Shown here piece by piece: positions 1-10,781 of a DNA stretch of 64,000 nt. Under the pieces are notes generated by a model. The model made no database searches. It worked only from the letters and a program-made list of their open reading frames with translations, and was not told the DNA's origin. The position numbers were made by a program, and so were the translations under genes. This DNA is from an uncultured Bacillales bacterium (GTDB taxonomy: Bacteria > Bacillota_I > Bacilli_A > RFN20 > CAG-826): assembly GCA_946409515.1 (NCBI GenBank), contig CAMJWS010000002.1:76506-140505 (forward strand), read 5' to 3'. Positions within the stretch are counted from its first letter, which is position 1; each line of letters starts with the position of its first letter.

Positions 1-353
1 CCTATAGCCCATATTCCAACTTTAAAGTAGGTGCCGCTTTACTTTGTAAAGATGGTAAGGTCTTCTTAGGGGCTAATGTTGAAAACTCTGCCTATCCTTT
101 ATGTATGTGCGCTGAAAGAAACGCCTTATACAATGCGATGATGAATGGCTATAAGAGAGCTGATTTTGTGGCTTTAGCCATTGCCGCGGACACAGACGCT
201 CCATGCTCACCATGTGGTGCATGTAGACAGGTGATTAGCGAATTATTCCCAAGAGATGGTGAGATCTTGCTCACAAACCTTAAAGGTGATAGCTATAAAA
301 CCAACATTGACGAGCTTCTTCCTTTAGCGTTCTCAGGAGATGATTTGAAATAA
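1..353 (+). CDS. cdd: cytidine deaminase, 5' end cut by window edge
   Basis: The frame is open from nt 3. Zinc-ligand motifs C-A-E (MCAERNA) and PCSPCGACRQ are present. TAATG overlap with era. Confidence 0.9.
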   Translation, partial: YSPYSNFKVGAALLCKDGKVFLGANVENSAYPLCMCAERNALYNAMMNGYKRADFVALAIAADTDAPCSPCGACRQVISELFPRDGEILLTNLKGDSYKTNIDELLPLAFSGDDLK

Positions 354-1237
354 TGAAATCCGGATTCGTCGCTATTTTAGGTAGACCAAACGTTGGTAAA
401 TCTACGCTTTTAAATGGTTTAATAAACCATCATGTATCTATTGTTACTGATAAATCACAAACCACAAGAAACAATATCATCGGTATTTATAACGATGAAG
501 AAACTCAAATTGTCTTTTTAGATACTCCAGGTATCCATAAGCCAATGCAACAGCTTGGTAAAGAGATGAATAACATGGCCTATAGCGCCGCTCATGACGT
601 AGATGTGGCCATATTAGTGGTGGATGCTTCTAAACCATTCGGCACTGGTGACACCTTTGTCATTGAACACTTAGACATCCATAATGTCCCATTAATTATC
701 GTCTTCAATAAAATTGATTTAGCTAGATTAGATAAAACCGAAGAATTAAAGAAAACTTATCGCGCTTACTTTAAAGATGCGACATTTATCGACGCTGTCG
801 CTAAAGAAGGCTTCAATGTTGATGAAGTGATTAAAACAGTCAGAAATATGCTTCCTGAAGGACCAGCATACTATCCTCCAGAAATGATTACCGATAAAGA
901 TGAAATCTTCCAAATCAAAGAAATCATCCGTGAAAAGGTCTTAAAGACTCTTAGAGAAGAAGTTCCACATTCTGTGGCAATTTATATGGACCACATTGAA
1001 TGGGAGAAGAAACCAATGCAAATCTTCGCTTCTATTATCGTGGAAAAAGACAGCCAAAAAGGCATTGTTATCGGTAAAAACGGTAGCCGCATTAAAGAGA
1101 TTGGCACTAAAGCGAGAATGAGTATTGAAAAATTACTTAATCAGCATGTCTTTTTAGAACTCCAAGTAAAAGTGGATGAAGGCTGGAGAGACGCTCCTTC
1201 TTCTTTGAAGGAATACGGATATAAGTACGAAAAATAA
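353..1237 (+). CDS. era: GTPase Era
   Basis: G1 GRPNVGKST, G3 DTPG, G4 NKID, C-terminal KH-like region (GKNGSRIKEIG). cdd-era-recO synteny. Confidence 0.95.
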   Translation: MKSGFVAILGRPNVGKSTLLNGLINHHVSIVTDKSQTTRNNIIGIYNDEETQIVFLDTPGIHKPMQQLGKEMNNMAYSAAHDVDVAILVVDASKPFGTGDTFVIEHLDIHNVPLIIVFNKIDLARLDKTEELKKTYRAYFKDATFIDAVAKEGFNVDEVIKTVRNMLPEGPAYYPPEMITDKDEIFQIKEIIREKVLKTLREEVPHSVAIYMDHIEWEKKPMQIFASIIVEKDSQKGIVIGKNGSRIKEIGTKARMSIEKLLNQHVFLELQVKVDEGWRDAPSSLKEYGYKYEK

Positions 1238-1953
1238 TGAAAATAATCGTTCTTTCAATAACCCCATATAAAGAAAAAGATGGGATAGTGAACGCTATCT
1301 CAGAAAATGAATCTTTGACCTTCCTTGCTAGAGGTATCAAAGATCCTAAAAGCAAAAACGCTGCTTTAAACAATGTTTTAACTGTTGCTGATATTGAATT
1401 AATGGATGGAAACTTTGCTCATCCTATTTTAAAGAGCTCAAAACCATTATTCTCACCTCTAAAGGTGGATATGGACGCTAAATACTTAGCAAGCTTAATG
1501 ACAATTGACGAGATGATGCTTAATCTTTTCCCTGAAGAAGAAAAGCAAACTATGTTTCCATATTTAGAAAAAGCAGTGGAAAGCCTTAAGAATACAAATG
1601 ATTGGCTCATGACCTTATTACAGTTCATGGCTCATGCTGTTAGAATCGGTGGTTTCCAACTCGAAGTGAACCGTTGTGTTCTCTGTGGTCGTACAAATAA
1701 TATTGTCACATTCTCTTTTAACGATGGTGGCTTTATTTGTGAAGATTGTTATCAACCAGAGATGGAAAGAGATCTTACAAAAGAGCAAATGATTCTTTTA
1801 AGAAAAATTGTAAATTGTCCTGATTATCGCTTAAAAAGTAGTGACTATAAAAACGAAGATCTCTTACTTTTATTCGATAAATTCACACATTATATTGAAG
1901 AAGCTTTTGGCTACCACTTCAAGAATATGCGCTTGCTAATAGATAGCAAATAA
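1237..1953 (+). CDS. recO: DNA repair protein RecO
   Basis: ATGA overlap with era. CxxC...CxxC zinc motif (CVLCG...CEDC). Conserved position after era. Confidence 0.85.
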   Translation: MKIIVLSITPYKEKDGIVNAISENESLTFLARGIKDPKSKNAALNNVLTVADIELMDGNFAHPILKSSKPLFSPLKVDMDAKYLASLMTIDEMMLNLFPEEEKQTMFPYLEKAVESLKNTNDWLMTLLQFMAHAVRIGGFQLEVNRCVLCGRTNNIVTFSFNDGGFICEDCYQPEMERDLTKEQMILLRKIVNCPDYRLKSSDYKNEDLLLLFDKFTHYIEEAFGYHFKNMRLLIDSK

Positions 1954-1976
1954 GAGATAATAACACTCATAATAGG

Positions 1977-2005
1977 TTGACAACAATTCCCTAAAAATGT
2001 AATCT
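1977..2005 (+). promoter_or_regulatory. candidate sigmaA promoter for glyQS (TTGACA-17-TAATCT)
   Basis: TTGACA at 1977-1982, a 17-nt spacer, and a weak -10 TAATCT at 2000-2005. This lies about 38 nt upstream of the glyQS ATG. Confidence 0.35.
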
Positions 2006-2042
2006 TTTCCTCGTGCGAATTATTTAGAGGGGTATACATATT

Positions 2043-3416
2043 ATGAGTAAATTTGAATTCGATAAACTATGTAACCATTTCATTGTCTCTGGTTTCTATT
2101 TTCAAGGCTCAGAGATTTATGGTGGCTTAAGCAACACTTGGGACTACGGCCCAATTGGTAGCGAAATTAAACAAAACATCCGTAAGATGTGGTGGAAGAA
2201 GTTCGTTCAAGAAAGCACCACAAACGTGGGCATTGATGCCGCGATTTTAATGAACCCAAAAGTTTGGGAAGCAACTGGTCACGTTTCCACATTCAATGAT
2301 CCCCTCATTGACTGTAAACACTGTAAGCAACGTTTCAGAGCGGACCAACTCATTGAAAGCGAGTTCCCTGAAGCTGATGTCAACGGTATGACCAATGACC
2401 AAATGATGGATTTTATTAGAAATAATCACGTTAAATGTCCAAACTGTGGCAGTGAAAACTTCACTGACATTCGTCAATTTAACATGATGTTTAAAACACA
2501 TGTTGGTGTTACTGAAGATAGCAAATCCACCGTCTATTTAAGACCAGAAACCGCTCAAGGCATGTTTGTTAACTTTAAGAATGTCTTAAGAGCGACACGT
2601 CGTAAATTACCAATGGGTATTTGTAATGTTGGTCGTGCATTCAGAAACGAAATCACACCAGGACAAATGACATTCCGTACACGTGAATTCGACCAAATGG
2701 AAATGGAATTCTTCTGTAAACCAGGCGATGACCTCAAGTGGTTTGACTACTGGAAACAATACTGCTTAGACTTCGTTGATTCCTTAGGAATCAAGAAAGA
2801 GAATCTCCGCTATAGAGACCACGAACCAGAAGAATTAGCTTTCTATAGTAAAGCCACAACTGATATTGAATACTTATTCCCATTCGGTTGGGGTGAAATC
2901 TGGGGTATCGCCGATAGAACTGACTATGACTTAAACCGTCATATCAAATTTAGTGGTGAAGCTCTTGATTACTTAGATCCAGAAACAAACGAAAAATATG
3001 TTCCATATTGTATTGAACCATCAGTCGGTTTAGACCGTTTGGTTTTAATGACATTATGTGATGCTTATGATGAAGAACAAGTTGGTGAAAACGATACTCG
3101 TATCGTTATGCGCCTTTCTCCAGCCGTTGCGCCATTTAAAGCCGCGGTTTTACCATTAAGCAAAAAGCTTGAAGCTAAGGCTCGCGAAATCGAACAAAAC
3201 TTAGCCAAGTATTTCAACGTCATCTATGATGATACCGGTTCCATCGGTAAACGTTATAGAAGACAAGACGCGATTGGTACACCTTTCTGTATCACCATTG
3301 ACTTTGATACTGAAAACGATGGTGCAGTCACCATCCGTGAACGTGATTCCATGCAACAAATCCGTTTGCCAATCGACCAATTAAAGGCTTATTTGGAAGA
3401 AAAAGTCTTCTTCTAA
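2043..3416 (+). CDS. glyQS: glycine--tRNA ligase, single-chain alpha2 type
   Basis: 457 aa with class II aaRS motifs ([13 protein letters not shown]) and a C-terminal anticodon-binding domain. Confidence 0.95.
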   Translation: MSKFEFDKLCNHFIVSGFYFQGSEIYGGLSNTWDYGPIGSEIKQNIRKMWWKKFVQESTTNVGIDAAILMNPKVWEATGHVSTFNDPLIDCKHCKQRFRADQLIESEFPEADVNGMTNDQMMDFIRNNHVKCPNCGSENFTDIRQFNMMFKTHVGVTEDSKSTVYLRPETAQGMFVNFKNVLRATRRKLPMGICNVGRAFRNEITPGQMTFRTREFDQMEMEFFCKPGDDLKWFDYWKQYCLDFVDSLGIKKENLRYRDHEPEELAFYSKATTDIEYLFPFGWGEIWGIADRTDYDLNRHIKFSGEALDYLDPETNEKYVPYCIEPSVGLDRLVLMTLCDAYDEEQVGENDTRIVMRLSPAVAPFKAAVLPLSKKLEAKAREIEQNLAKYFNVIYDDTGSIGKRYRRQDAIGTPFCITIDFDTENDGAVTIRERDSMQQIRLPIDQLKAYLEEKVFF

Positions 3417-3462
3417 ACAAGTAGAAGATTAGTAGAAAATTAGTGAAAGTATAATTTATTAT

Positions 3463-5253
3463 ATGGCATTTGATGATAGTTTAGTAAAAGACGTCCTTAA
3501 GCACGCTGATATCGTAAAAGTGGTATCCGCGTATTTGCCTGTGATTAGAAAAGGTAAGGATTATCTCGCTAAATGCCCATTCCATGACGATACAAACCCA
3601 TCTATGCACATCTCACCTGAACTTCAAATCTTCAAGTGCTTTGTGTGTGGCACTAGTGGTAACGCTATTGGCTTTGTTAGTAAATATGAGCATCTCTCTT
3701 TTAGAGAAGCTTTAAAGAAAGTCGCAGAAATCTGTGATTATCATGATCCAAGATTAAGCGATATTCGTGAAGCTAAAGTCGTGGATCCAAAAAGAGTGCC
3801 ACTAATCAAGTGTCTTCACGATTTAACTGTTTATTATCAATACGCTTTGAACTCGCCAGAAGGAAAAGCAGGCTTAGACTATTTCAACGAACGTCATTTA
3901 GATGCTGATTTACGTAGTAAGTTCATGTTAGGCTATGCCTTTAAAGATGGTAAAGCCACATGCCGCTTCCTTGAAGAAAAGGGCAATTCCTTAAAAACTA
4001 TCGAAGATACCGGCGTTGCTAATAACATCAATGGTGTCTATGCCGACCGTAACCAAGGTCGTGTCATCTTCCCTATCTTTGATACCAATGGTGAAGTAGT
4101 AGGCTTCAGTGCTAGACGTATCGCGCCAGGTCCAGAAGCCAAATATGTGAACTCTCCTGAAACTTATTTGTTTCACAAATCAAACATTCTTTATAACTAC
4201 CATAACGCCAAAGAAAAAGCGCGTATCGCTGGTTATATCTATGTTTTAGAAGGTTTCATGGATGTGTTCGCCTTATATCGTATTGGTATTGAATCATGCG
4301 TAGCCACAATGGGTACAGCCTTAACCGCCGAACACATTAGACTCTTAAGAGCGCTTAATGTTGAGATAAGGCTTTGCCTTGATGGTGACCTTCCTGGTCA
4401 AAAAGCCACAATGGGCATCGCTAATGATTTAGCTAAAGCTGGTCTCAATGTCCGTATTGTTGATAATCAAAACAGCACCAAAGACCCAGATGAAATCTTA
4501 AATAGTGATGGTGCTATGGCGCTCAATGCTTATTTAAATAAGCTTGTCTCTAGAGTGGACTTCATCTTGAACTACTATATGAACACCAATCCACTTCAAA
4601 CTACTGAACAGAAGACACAGTTGATTAATGAATTCATTCCAGTCTTACTTGCCATCCGTTCTCAGCTTGAACTTGATACTTATATTAATAAACTCGCAAA
4701 TATCACCGGTTTTGCACCTGATGCTATTAGGAATATTCTTAAAACTGCCCGCGAGAAACCAGCGGAAACAAACTTTAAGCAAGTTATTAACGAATATCAT
4801 CCTGAGAAAAAGATACTTAGGAGGCTCGAATTTGCGGAGCGTGAACTTTTATACCAAATGCTCTCAAATCCGCAAGCAGTGGCCTTTTATGAGCAAAATA
4901 TCGGTGGTTTCTATGATGAGACGTACCGCATCATCGCCAATTTCTTGATTGAGTACGCCCATGAACATGAGGACTTTGTGCCAGTAGACCTCATTTCTTC
5001 ATTAGAAACATGCGACTTACCAGAAAAGGATCTCCTGATTAATCAGATTTCCACTCTCTATCTGGAGAGAAACCATCCAGACAAGTGTGATGAAAGCTTA
5101 CTTGTGAACTTACAAGAAGTCATCAACCAAGAAAAAGAGAAGATCTTTGAAAATGACACACTTGAACAATCTCTTGAGGGCAAGGACCCGAAAGAAAAAG
5201 CGCGTATTCTTTCTGACTACAACCGTCGGAGGTTACGTAAGAAAAACATTTAA
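3463..5253 (+). CDS. dnaG: DNA primase
   Basis: Zinc ribbon CPFHDDTNPSMHI...FKCFVCG. TOPRIM EGFMDV...DGDLPG. dnaG-sigA synteny. Confidence 0.95.
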   Translation: MAFDDSLVKDVLKHADIVKVVSAYLPVIRKGKDYLAKCPFHDDTNPSMHISPELQIFKCFVCGTSGNAIGFVSKYEHLSFREALKKVAEICDYHDPRLSDIREAKVVDPKRVPLIKCLHDLTVYYQYALNSPEGKAGLDYFNERHLDADLRSKFMLGYAFKDGKATCRFLEEKGNSLKTIEDTGVANNINGVYADRNQGRVIFPIFDTNGEVVGFSARRIAPGPEAKYVNSPETYLFHKSNILYNYHNAKEKARIAGYIYVLEGFMDVFALYRIGIESCVATMGTALTAEHIRLLRALNVEIRLCLDGDLPGQKATMGIANDLAKAGLNVRIVDNQNSTKDPDEILNSDGAMALNAYLNKLVSRVDFILNYYMNTNPLQTTEQKTQLINEFIPVLLAIRSQLELDTYINKLANITGFAPDAIRNILKTAREKPAETNFKQVINEYHPEKKILRRLEFAERELLYQMLSNPQAVAFYEQNIGGFYDETYRIIANFLIEYAHEHEDFVPVDLISSLETCDLPEKDLLINQISTLYLERNHPDKCDESLLVNLQEVINQEKEKIFENDTLEQSLEGKDPKEKARILSDYNRRRLRKKNI

Positions 5254-5292
5254 TCTTTATTTTAAATAAAGCAATGAAAGGGGCATTGATTT

Positions 5293-6597
5293 ATGGGTAG
5301 AAAAAAATTAGAAAAAAACGAAGCGGTCTTAGAAGATAAGCCAAAAAAGAGAGGCCGCCCAAAAGTAAGTGAAGGAGCACCAAGTTCTCCAAAGCTTGAA
5401 AAGAAAAAGAAAGTTAAAAGCATCTATGATGAAGATGGCGAAATGCTCTCACTCGATGATATTAAGAACTCTCTTTTAAAGAAAGCCAAATCATCAGGCA
5501 TTATTGACCAAAGTGATATTTATGATGCTTTAAATCAATTTGATTTAGATGATGACACAATTGCAGATTTAATCAATTTCTTCAAAGACAATGGCATTGA
5601 AGTGATCTCTGATGAAGAAGAAGATGAAGACTTCGATGAAGATTTTGATGAAAGCAAGATGAATCTTGATGAAGAACCAGATGATGATTTCTTTGCCGAA
5701 GAAGATGGTGAAGAAGCTGAAGAAGACATCGATATCGATTATCTCGGTAGTGAAGTCCGCATCAACGACTCCGTGAAGATGTATCTTAAAGAAATCGGTA
5801 AATACGACCTTTTAAAAGCCGAAGATGAGCCAATTTTAGCCAAGAAGATTTTAGAAGGTGATGAAGAAGCCAAACAAACATTAATCAACGCTAACTTACG
5901 TTTAGTCGTTAACATTGCTAAACACTATGTTGGTAGAGGCATGTTATTCTTGGATTTAATCCAAGAAGGTAACCTCGGTTTAATGAAGGCTGTCGATAAA
6001 TTCGATTACACCAAAGGCTATAAGTTCTCAACCTATGCCACATGGTGGATCCGTCAGGCAATTACACGTGCGATTGCTGACCAAGCTAGAACTATTCGTA
6101 TTCCTGTCCACATGGTTGAAACCATCAACAAGATGACTCGTATTCAAAGACAACTCATCCAAGATTATGGTCGTGAACCAACCGCGGAAGAAATTAGTGA
6201 AGCAATGAACGGTGAATTAAGCGCGAAGAGAATTCGTGAAATCCAAAGAATCGCGATGGAACCAGTCTCTTTAGAAACTCCAATTGGTGAAGAAGATGAT
6301 TCCCACTTAGGTGACTTTATCGAAGATAAGGAAAGTGAATCACCAGTGGATTTCACCACCAGACAACTCTTAAAAGAAGAACTTTACTCCATCCTTAAAG
6401 ATTTAAGCGATAGAGAAGAAAGAGTCATTAGACTCCGTTATGGTTTAGACGATAATAGACCAAGAACTCTTGAAGAAGTCGGCCGTGAATTTGGCGTTAC
6501 TCGTGAAAGAATTCGTCAAATTGAAGCTAAGGCTATCAAGAAACTCAGACACCCAACTCGTTCAAAAAGATTAGGTGACTACAAGGAAAAACTCTAA
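5293..6597 (+). CDS. sigA: primary RNA polymerase sigma factor (sigma-70/SigA)
   Basis: Acidic region 1.1, region 2 [13 protein letters not shown], region 4.2 [23 protein letters not shown]. Confidence 0.97.
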   Translation: MGRKKLEKNEAVLEDKPKKRGRPKVSEGAPSSPKLEKKKKVKSIYDEDGEMLSLDDIKNSLLKKAKSSGIIDQSDIYDALNQFDLDDDTIADLINFFKDNGIEVISDEEEDEDFDEDFDESKMNLDEEPDDDFFAEEDGEEAEEDIDIDYLGSEVRINDSVKMYLKEIGKYDLLKAEDEPILAKKILEGDEEAKQTLINANLRLVVNIAKHYVGRGMLFLDLIQEGNLGLMKAVDKFDYTKGYKFSTYATWWIRQAITRAIADQARTIRIPVHMVETINKMTRIQRQLIQDYGREPTAEEISEAMNGELSAKRIREIQRIAMEPVSLETPIGEEDDSHLGDFIEDKESESPVDFTTRQLLKEELYSILKDLSDREERVIRLRYGLDDNRPRTLEEVGREFGVTRERIRQIEAKAIKKLRHPTRSKRLGDYKEKL

Positions 6598-7259
6598 TGA
6601 TTAGATTATCCAAACGTTTGAAAATCATTCATGATATGGTCCCAAATTCAGTGGTGGCCGATATCGGTAGCGATCATGGCAAGCTCATGATTGCTTTAGT
6701 GCAATCTGGTAAAGTCCAAAAGGGCTATGCGGTCGAGAATAAAGAAGGCCCATTTGAAAGATTGCGCGCTAATCTGATTAGATATCATGTTAATGATAAA
6801 ATCACACCTTTATTCAGCGACGGCGTTAAAGATATCACCCGTGATGTCGGTACAGTTGTTATCGCTGGGATGGGCGGTCAAACGATTGTGAAAATCTTAC
6901 AAGCGCATCCTGAAAAGCTCGTTAGCGTTCAAACAATTATCATCGATGCACATAGTGCAGTTCCATTAGCAAGAAAAGAAATTTGCCAAATGGGCTTTGC
7001 TATTGCGGATGAACAAATTGTTAAGGAAGATGGCATTTTCTATGAAATCGTTAAATTCATCAAAGCTGATAGTGCAGTTATTGGTGATGAAGATCTAGAA
7101 TTTGGACCAATCTTAAGACGTGAAAAGAGTGCGGTTTTTAAAGAAAAATATCAAACTCGCATTAGCGAGATTGATAACATTATCGCTAGTGGCAACCTTC
7201 CACAAGCAAGAATCGATACGCTTAATGCAGAAAAGCATAAGTTGGAGAGATATCTATGA
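6597..7259 (+). CDS. trmK: tRNA (adenine22-N1)-methyltransferase TrmK (YqfN family)
   Basis: N-terminal SAM-binding DIGSDHG motif. Position after sigA as in Bacillus. ATGA overlaps at both ends. Confidence 0.8.
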   Translation: MIRLSKRLKIIHDMVPNSVVADIGSDHGKLMIALVQSGKVQKGYAVENKEGPFERLRANLIRYHVNDKITPLFSDGVKDITRDVGTVVIAGMGGQTIVKILQAHPEKLVSVQTIIIDAHSAVPLARKEICQMGFAIADEQIVKEDGIFYEIVKFIKADSAVIGDEDLEFGPILRREKSAVFKEKYQTRISEIDNIIASGNLPQARIDTLNAEKHKLERYL

Positions 7260-8029
7260 ATACAAGAAAACTCCTTTTAAAGCTTTCTAAACGTTTCCCT
7301 AAACGCTATGCGAAGTTTTATCATGACCACGTTGGTTTAATGACAGGCAAGTTACCTGAAGAAGTCCATAATATTTTGCTCTGTTTAGACTTTGACTATG
7401 AAGTCTTACCTTTGGTAAAAGAGAATAAACCTGATTTAATTATCACCCATCATCCTTTTATCTATGGCACTAAAGCCAAGGTATTTAAATGGGATAAGCT
7501 TAAAGAACAACTCTCTAATGAGATAGACGCCTTTGGCGTACCTGTCTATAGCATGCATACAAACTTTGATTCAGGTAAAGATGGCATGAATGATGCTTTA
7601 GCAGAACTTCTTGGTTTACAAAACGTTTATTGCCCAGAAGAAAAAGACTATTGCATGCGTATCGGCGAGCTTAAAGAAGCGATGCCAATTGATGAATTCG
7701 CTAAGTTTGCTAAAGCAAGTCTTAACGTTGATTACGCTTTATTAATCAAAGAAGGCAACCAAAACATTAAGAAAGTTGGCATTATCGGTGGTGGCGGTTC
7801 TCGTGACTGGTTCATCGCTAGAGATGAAGGCTGTGATATTTATATATCAGGTGACGCTCCTCATCATGTCAGACGTGCAATCGTCTGTGAAAAGTTTAAT
7901 TACTTAGATGTTCCTCACGAAGTTGAGCGTGTTTTCATGCCACAAATGAAGAAAATCCTCCTTGAAATTGACCCAACATTGAACGTTTTAATGGTCGATC
8001 ACGAGGAAATGCCTGAAGTAATAAAGTAG
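7256..8029 (+). CDS. Nif3-family dinuclear metal centre protein (YqfO-like, short form)
   Basis: HHPFIY, MHTNFD and GDAPHH motifs. Follows trmK as in Bacillus yqfN-yqfO. Confidence 0.85.
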   Translation: MNTRKLLLKLSKRFPKRYAKFYHDHVGLMTGKLPEEVHNILLCLDFDYEVLPLVKENKPDLIITHHPFIYGTKAKVFKWDKLKEQLSNEIDAFGVPVYSMHTNFDSGKDGMNDALAELLGLQNVYCPEEKDYCMRIGELKEAMPIDEFAKFAKASLNVDYALLIKEGNQNIKKVGIIGGGGSRDWFIARDEGCDIYISGDAPHHVRRAIVCEKFNYLDVPHEVERVFMPQMKKILLEIDPTLNVLMVDHEEMPEVIK

Positions 8030-8078
8030 TAATTTATTAGTAAATCTATATCATAGATATATAGGAGATATTTAAAAT

Positions 8079-8555
8079 ATGAAAGCAATCATTGAAATTA
8101 ACAAATATGGCACAATTGAAGTCGAATTAGATAGAGACACTGCGCCTATCACCGTTGATAACTTTGTGAAGCTTGCGGATAAAGGATTCTATAAGGGATT
8201 AACATTCCACCGTGTCATTAAAGGCTTCATGATTCAAGGTGGCTGCCCAAAGGGCAATGGTACAGGCGGTCCTGGCTATTGCATTAAAGGTGAATTTGCC
8301 GCTAACGGCGTTAATAACCCAATCAGTCACAAAAGAGGCGTTATCTCCATGGCCAGAGCTATGGATCCAAACTCCGCTGGTAGCCAATTCTTCATTATGC
8401 ATAAAGATGGCGAGTTCTTAGATGGGCAATATGCCGCATTTGGTCATGTTACCAAAGGTATTGAAGTCGTTGATGCTGTTGCATCAGTGAGAACAAGCCC
8501 AAATGATAGACCACTTGAAACCGTTGTTATTAAAGATATTAGAATTGAGAAATAA
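8079..8555 (+). CDS. ppiB: cyclophilin-type peptidyl-prolyl cis-trans isomerase
   Basis: [13 protein letters not shown] and SQFFI motifs. RBS AGGAG lies upstream. Confidence 0.9.
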   Translation: MKAIIEINKYGTIEVELDRDTAPITVDNFVKLADKGFYKGLTFHRVIKGFMIQGGCPKGNGTGGPGYCIKGEFAANGVNNPISHKRGVISMARAMDPNSAGSQFFIMHKDGEFLDGQYAAFGHVTKGIEVVDAVASVRTSPNDRPLETVVIKDIRIEK

Positions 8556-8557
8556 TT

Positions 8558-9448
8558 ATGGCTAAGGATTTATTAATCGGTTCTCACGTCGGCATGAACG
8601 GCCCAGATTATTATCTAGGCAGCGTTAAAGAAGCTATTAGTTATGGCGCTACAACATTTATGTTTTATACTGGCGCGCCACAAAACACATTTCGTAAGCC
8701 TTTAAGTGATCTTAAGATTGAAGAAGGACGTGCTTTGCTCAAAGAGCAAGGCTTTGATGAAAATAAAATCGTTGTTCATGCGCCTTATATCATGAATCCT
8801 GCTAATAAAAGCCGTCCTGATCTTTTAGAATTAACTCTTAAGACACTCACAAGTGAACTTAGAAGAACTCACGCCTTTGGCGCGAAGATTCTTGTTCTTC
8901 ATCCAGGTAACCATTTAGGTCTTGGTTCTGAAGAAGCCATTAAAAACTTAGTGGAAAACTTAGATTCAGTTTTGGCCCAAGATGGCACTGATGTACGTAT
9001 CGCCATAGAAACTATGGCGGGCAAAGGTTCTGAAATCGGTACTTGCTTTGAAGACGTTAAAAAGATTCTCGATACATGTAAGTATCCAGAACGATTAGGT
9101 GTTTGCCTTGATACATGCCACGTACATGACGCTGGCTACGACGTAAATGAAGTTGACGACTTATTAGCCGAGTTTGATAGAATCATCGGTCTAAATCACC
9201 TTTTAGTGGTCCATGTGAACGATTCTAAGAATATTAGAGGTGCGCATAAAGACCGTCACGAGAACTTAGGATACGGTGAAATTGGCTTTGAAGCCCTCTG
9301 TAAACTCGCTAATCATCCATCATTAAGAGATATTCCAAAGATCTTAGAAACTCCTTACATTAATGAAAAAGCCCCTTACTCTGATGAAATCAGAATGTTA
9401 AGGGACGAGAAATTCATTGATGGTTGGAAAGATAAATATCTAGCGTAG
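8558..9448 (+). CDS. nfo: endonuclease IV (AP endonuclease)
   Basis: HAPY, HPG, ETMAGKG, CLDTCH and HVNDSK motifs of the Nfo family. Confidence 0.9.
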   Translation: MAKDLLIGSHVGMNGPDYYLGSVKEAISYGATTFMFYTGAPQNTFRKPLSDLKIEEGRALLKEQGFDENKIVVHAPYIMNPANKSRPDLLELTLKTLTSELRRTHAFGAKILVLHPGNHLGLGSEEAIKNLVENLDSVLAQDGTDVRIAIETMAGKGSEIGTCFEDVKKILDTCKYPERLGVCLDTCHVHDAGYDVNEVDDLLAEFDRIIGLNHLLVVHVNDSKNIRGAHKDRHENLGYGEIGFEALCKLANHPSLRDIPKILETPYINEKAPYSDEIRMLRDEKFIDGWKDKYLA

Positions 9449-10489
9449 GCTATCAATTTCTTTAATTAAAGCGTCATAAGCTTCGTCTTCTGACACTTTT
9501 TTTATGACTTCACCTTTTTTGAAGATGACATATTGGCCTTTGCCACCCGCGATACCGATATCCGCGCTTTTGCCTTCACCTGGTCCATTGACGATGCAGC
9601 CCATCACCGCGACAGTAAGCTTGATACTATTGTCTTCAAGATACTTAAAAACTTTCGCGCCTAATGGTTTGACATCAACTTGGGTTCTACCGCATGTTGG
9701 GCAAGAAATAAATGTAGGATAATTTTCGTATAATCCACAGTCATGGAGTAAACGTTTAGCGGCAACAACTTCAGATTGGGCATCACCAGTAATGGAAATT
9801 CTAATGGTATCCCCTATTCCTTCTAAAAGAAGAGGCGCTAAACCAGCGGTACTTCTAATGACCGATAAATCATATGGTCCCGCTTCGGTAATGCCAATGT
9901 GTAATGGATATGGGAATAACTCGCTAGCGAGTTCATAGGCATTAATTGTTTCTCTAATATTGCTGGCCTTTAAAGAAATCACAATGTCATGGAAATCATA
10001 CTTCTCCAGAATTTGAACTTGTTTCTTTGCGGATAAGAGAAGCTTATGGGCTAATGGAATATCAGCGTCAGCGAATTCTTGACTAACTGATCCCGAGTTA
10101 GCGCCCACTCGAATTACAACGTGTTTTTTCTTGGCGAGTTCTACGATTTCTTTGATTTTAGCCTCGTCGGAAATGTTTCCTGGATTAAGTCTAATCTTAT
10201 CAACACCGTTCTTGATTGCTTGAATCGCAAAATCACCATTGAAATGGATATCGGCGATTAATGGAATCTTGATTTGCTTTTTGATTTCTTTAATGGCTTG
10301 AGCGTCTTCTTCATCAAGGATGGAGACACGCATCATATCTGCGCCTAATTTCGCGCATTCGTTAATTTCTTTAACGACTTCTTCAATATGAGAAGTCTTA
10401 TGTTTGCACATCGATTGGATTAAAACTTTGTTCTGACCACCAATGGTGATACGTCCAATCTTTGCTTGTCTAGTTTCTGTTCGTTTCAT
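9440..10489 (-). CDS. ispG: 4-hydroxy-3-methylbut-2-enyl diphosphate synthase (MEP pathway)
   Basis: 349 aa GcpE family with the C-terminal cluster motif CPTCGR...GCIVNGPGE. Confidence 0.93.
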   Translation of the reverse strand: MKRTETRQAKIGRITIGGQNKVLIQSMCKHKTSHIEEVVKEINECAKLGADMMRVSILDEEDAQAIKEIKKQIKIPLIADIHFNGDFAIQAIKNGVDKIRLNPGNISDEAKIKEIVELAKKKHVVIRVGANSGSVSQEFADADIPLAHKLLLSAKKQVQILEKYDFHDIVISLKASNIRETINAYELASELFPYPLHIGITEAGPYDLSVIRSTAGLAPLLLEGIGDTIRISITGDAQSEVVAAKRLLHDCGLYENYPTFISCPTCGRTQVDVKPLGAKVFKYLEDNSIKLTVAVMGCIVNGPGEGKSADIGIAGGKGQYVIFKKGEVIKKVSEDEAYDALIKEIDSLR

Positions 10490-10529
10490 ATGCCAGTATT
10501 ATAACCTAGTTTATTAATAAAAAATATAT

Positions 10530-10557
10530 TTGCATTATATTTTACCTGTGGTAAGAT
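10530..10557 (+). promoter_or_regulatory. candidate promoter for rpmG (TTGCAT-16-TGgTAAGAT)
   Basis: TTGCAT at 10530-10535, a 16-nt spacer, and an extended -10 TG-G-TAAGAT ending at 10557. Confidence 0.45.
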
Positions 10558-10586
10558 ATTTAAGCGACTTTGAAGGAGAAAATCAA

Positions 10587-10754
10587 ATGGCAAGCAAAGA
10601 TGATAGAATCTCATTAACACTTAAATGCACAGAATGTGGCGAGGAAAATTACCTCACTTCTAAAAATAAAAAGAAACATGCTGATCGTTTAGAATTAAAG
10701 AAGTATTGCCCACGTTGCAAAAAAGTTACTCTCCATCGTGAGAAAAAGAAATAA
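10587..10754 (+). CDS. rpmG: 50S ribosomal protein L33
   Basis: 55 aa with the CxxC...CxxC zinc knuckle (CTECGE...CPRCKK). I chose the ATG at 10587, which follows GAAGGAG, over the longer track ORF. Confidence 0.9.
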   Translation: MASKDDRISLTLKCTECGEENYLTSKNKKKHADRLELKKYCPRCKKVTLHREKKK

Positions 10755-10775
10755 TAGGCCTGCGCCTATTTTTTT
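10754..10775 (+). terminator. intrinsic terminator after rpmG
   Basis: ATAGGC-ctgc-GCCTAT hairpin followed by a T6 run. Confidence 0.7.
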
Positions 10776-10781
10776 GTGCCT

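Noticed and set aside
5535-5740. GAA/GAT-rich repetitive DNA (with a poly-Ser antisense ORF) that looks like a tandem repeat.
   Set aside because: It encodes the acidic D/E-rich region 1.1 linker of SigA. This is coding low complexity, not an independent repeat element.
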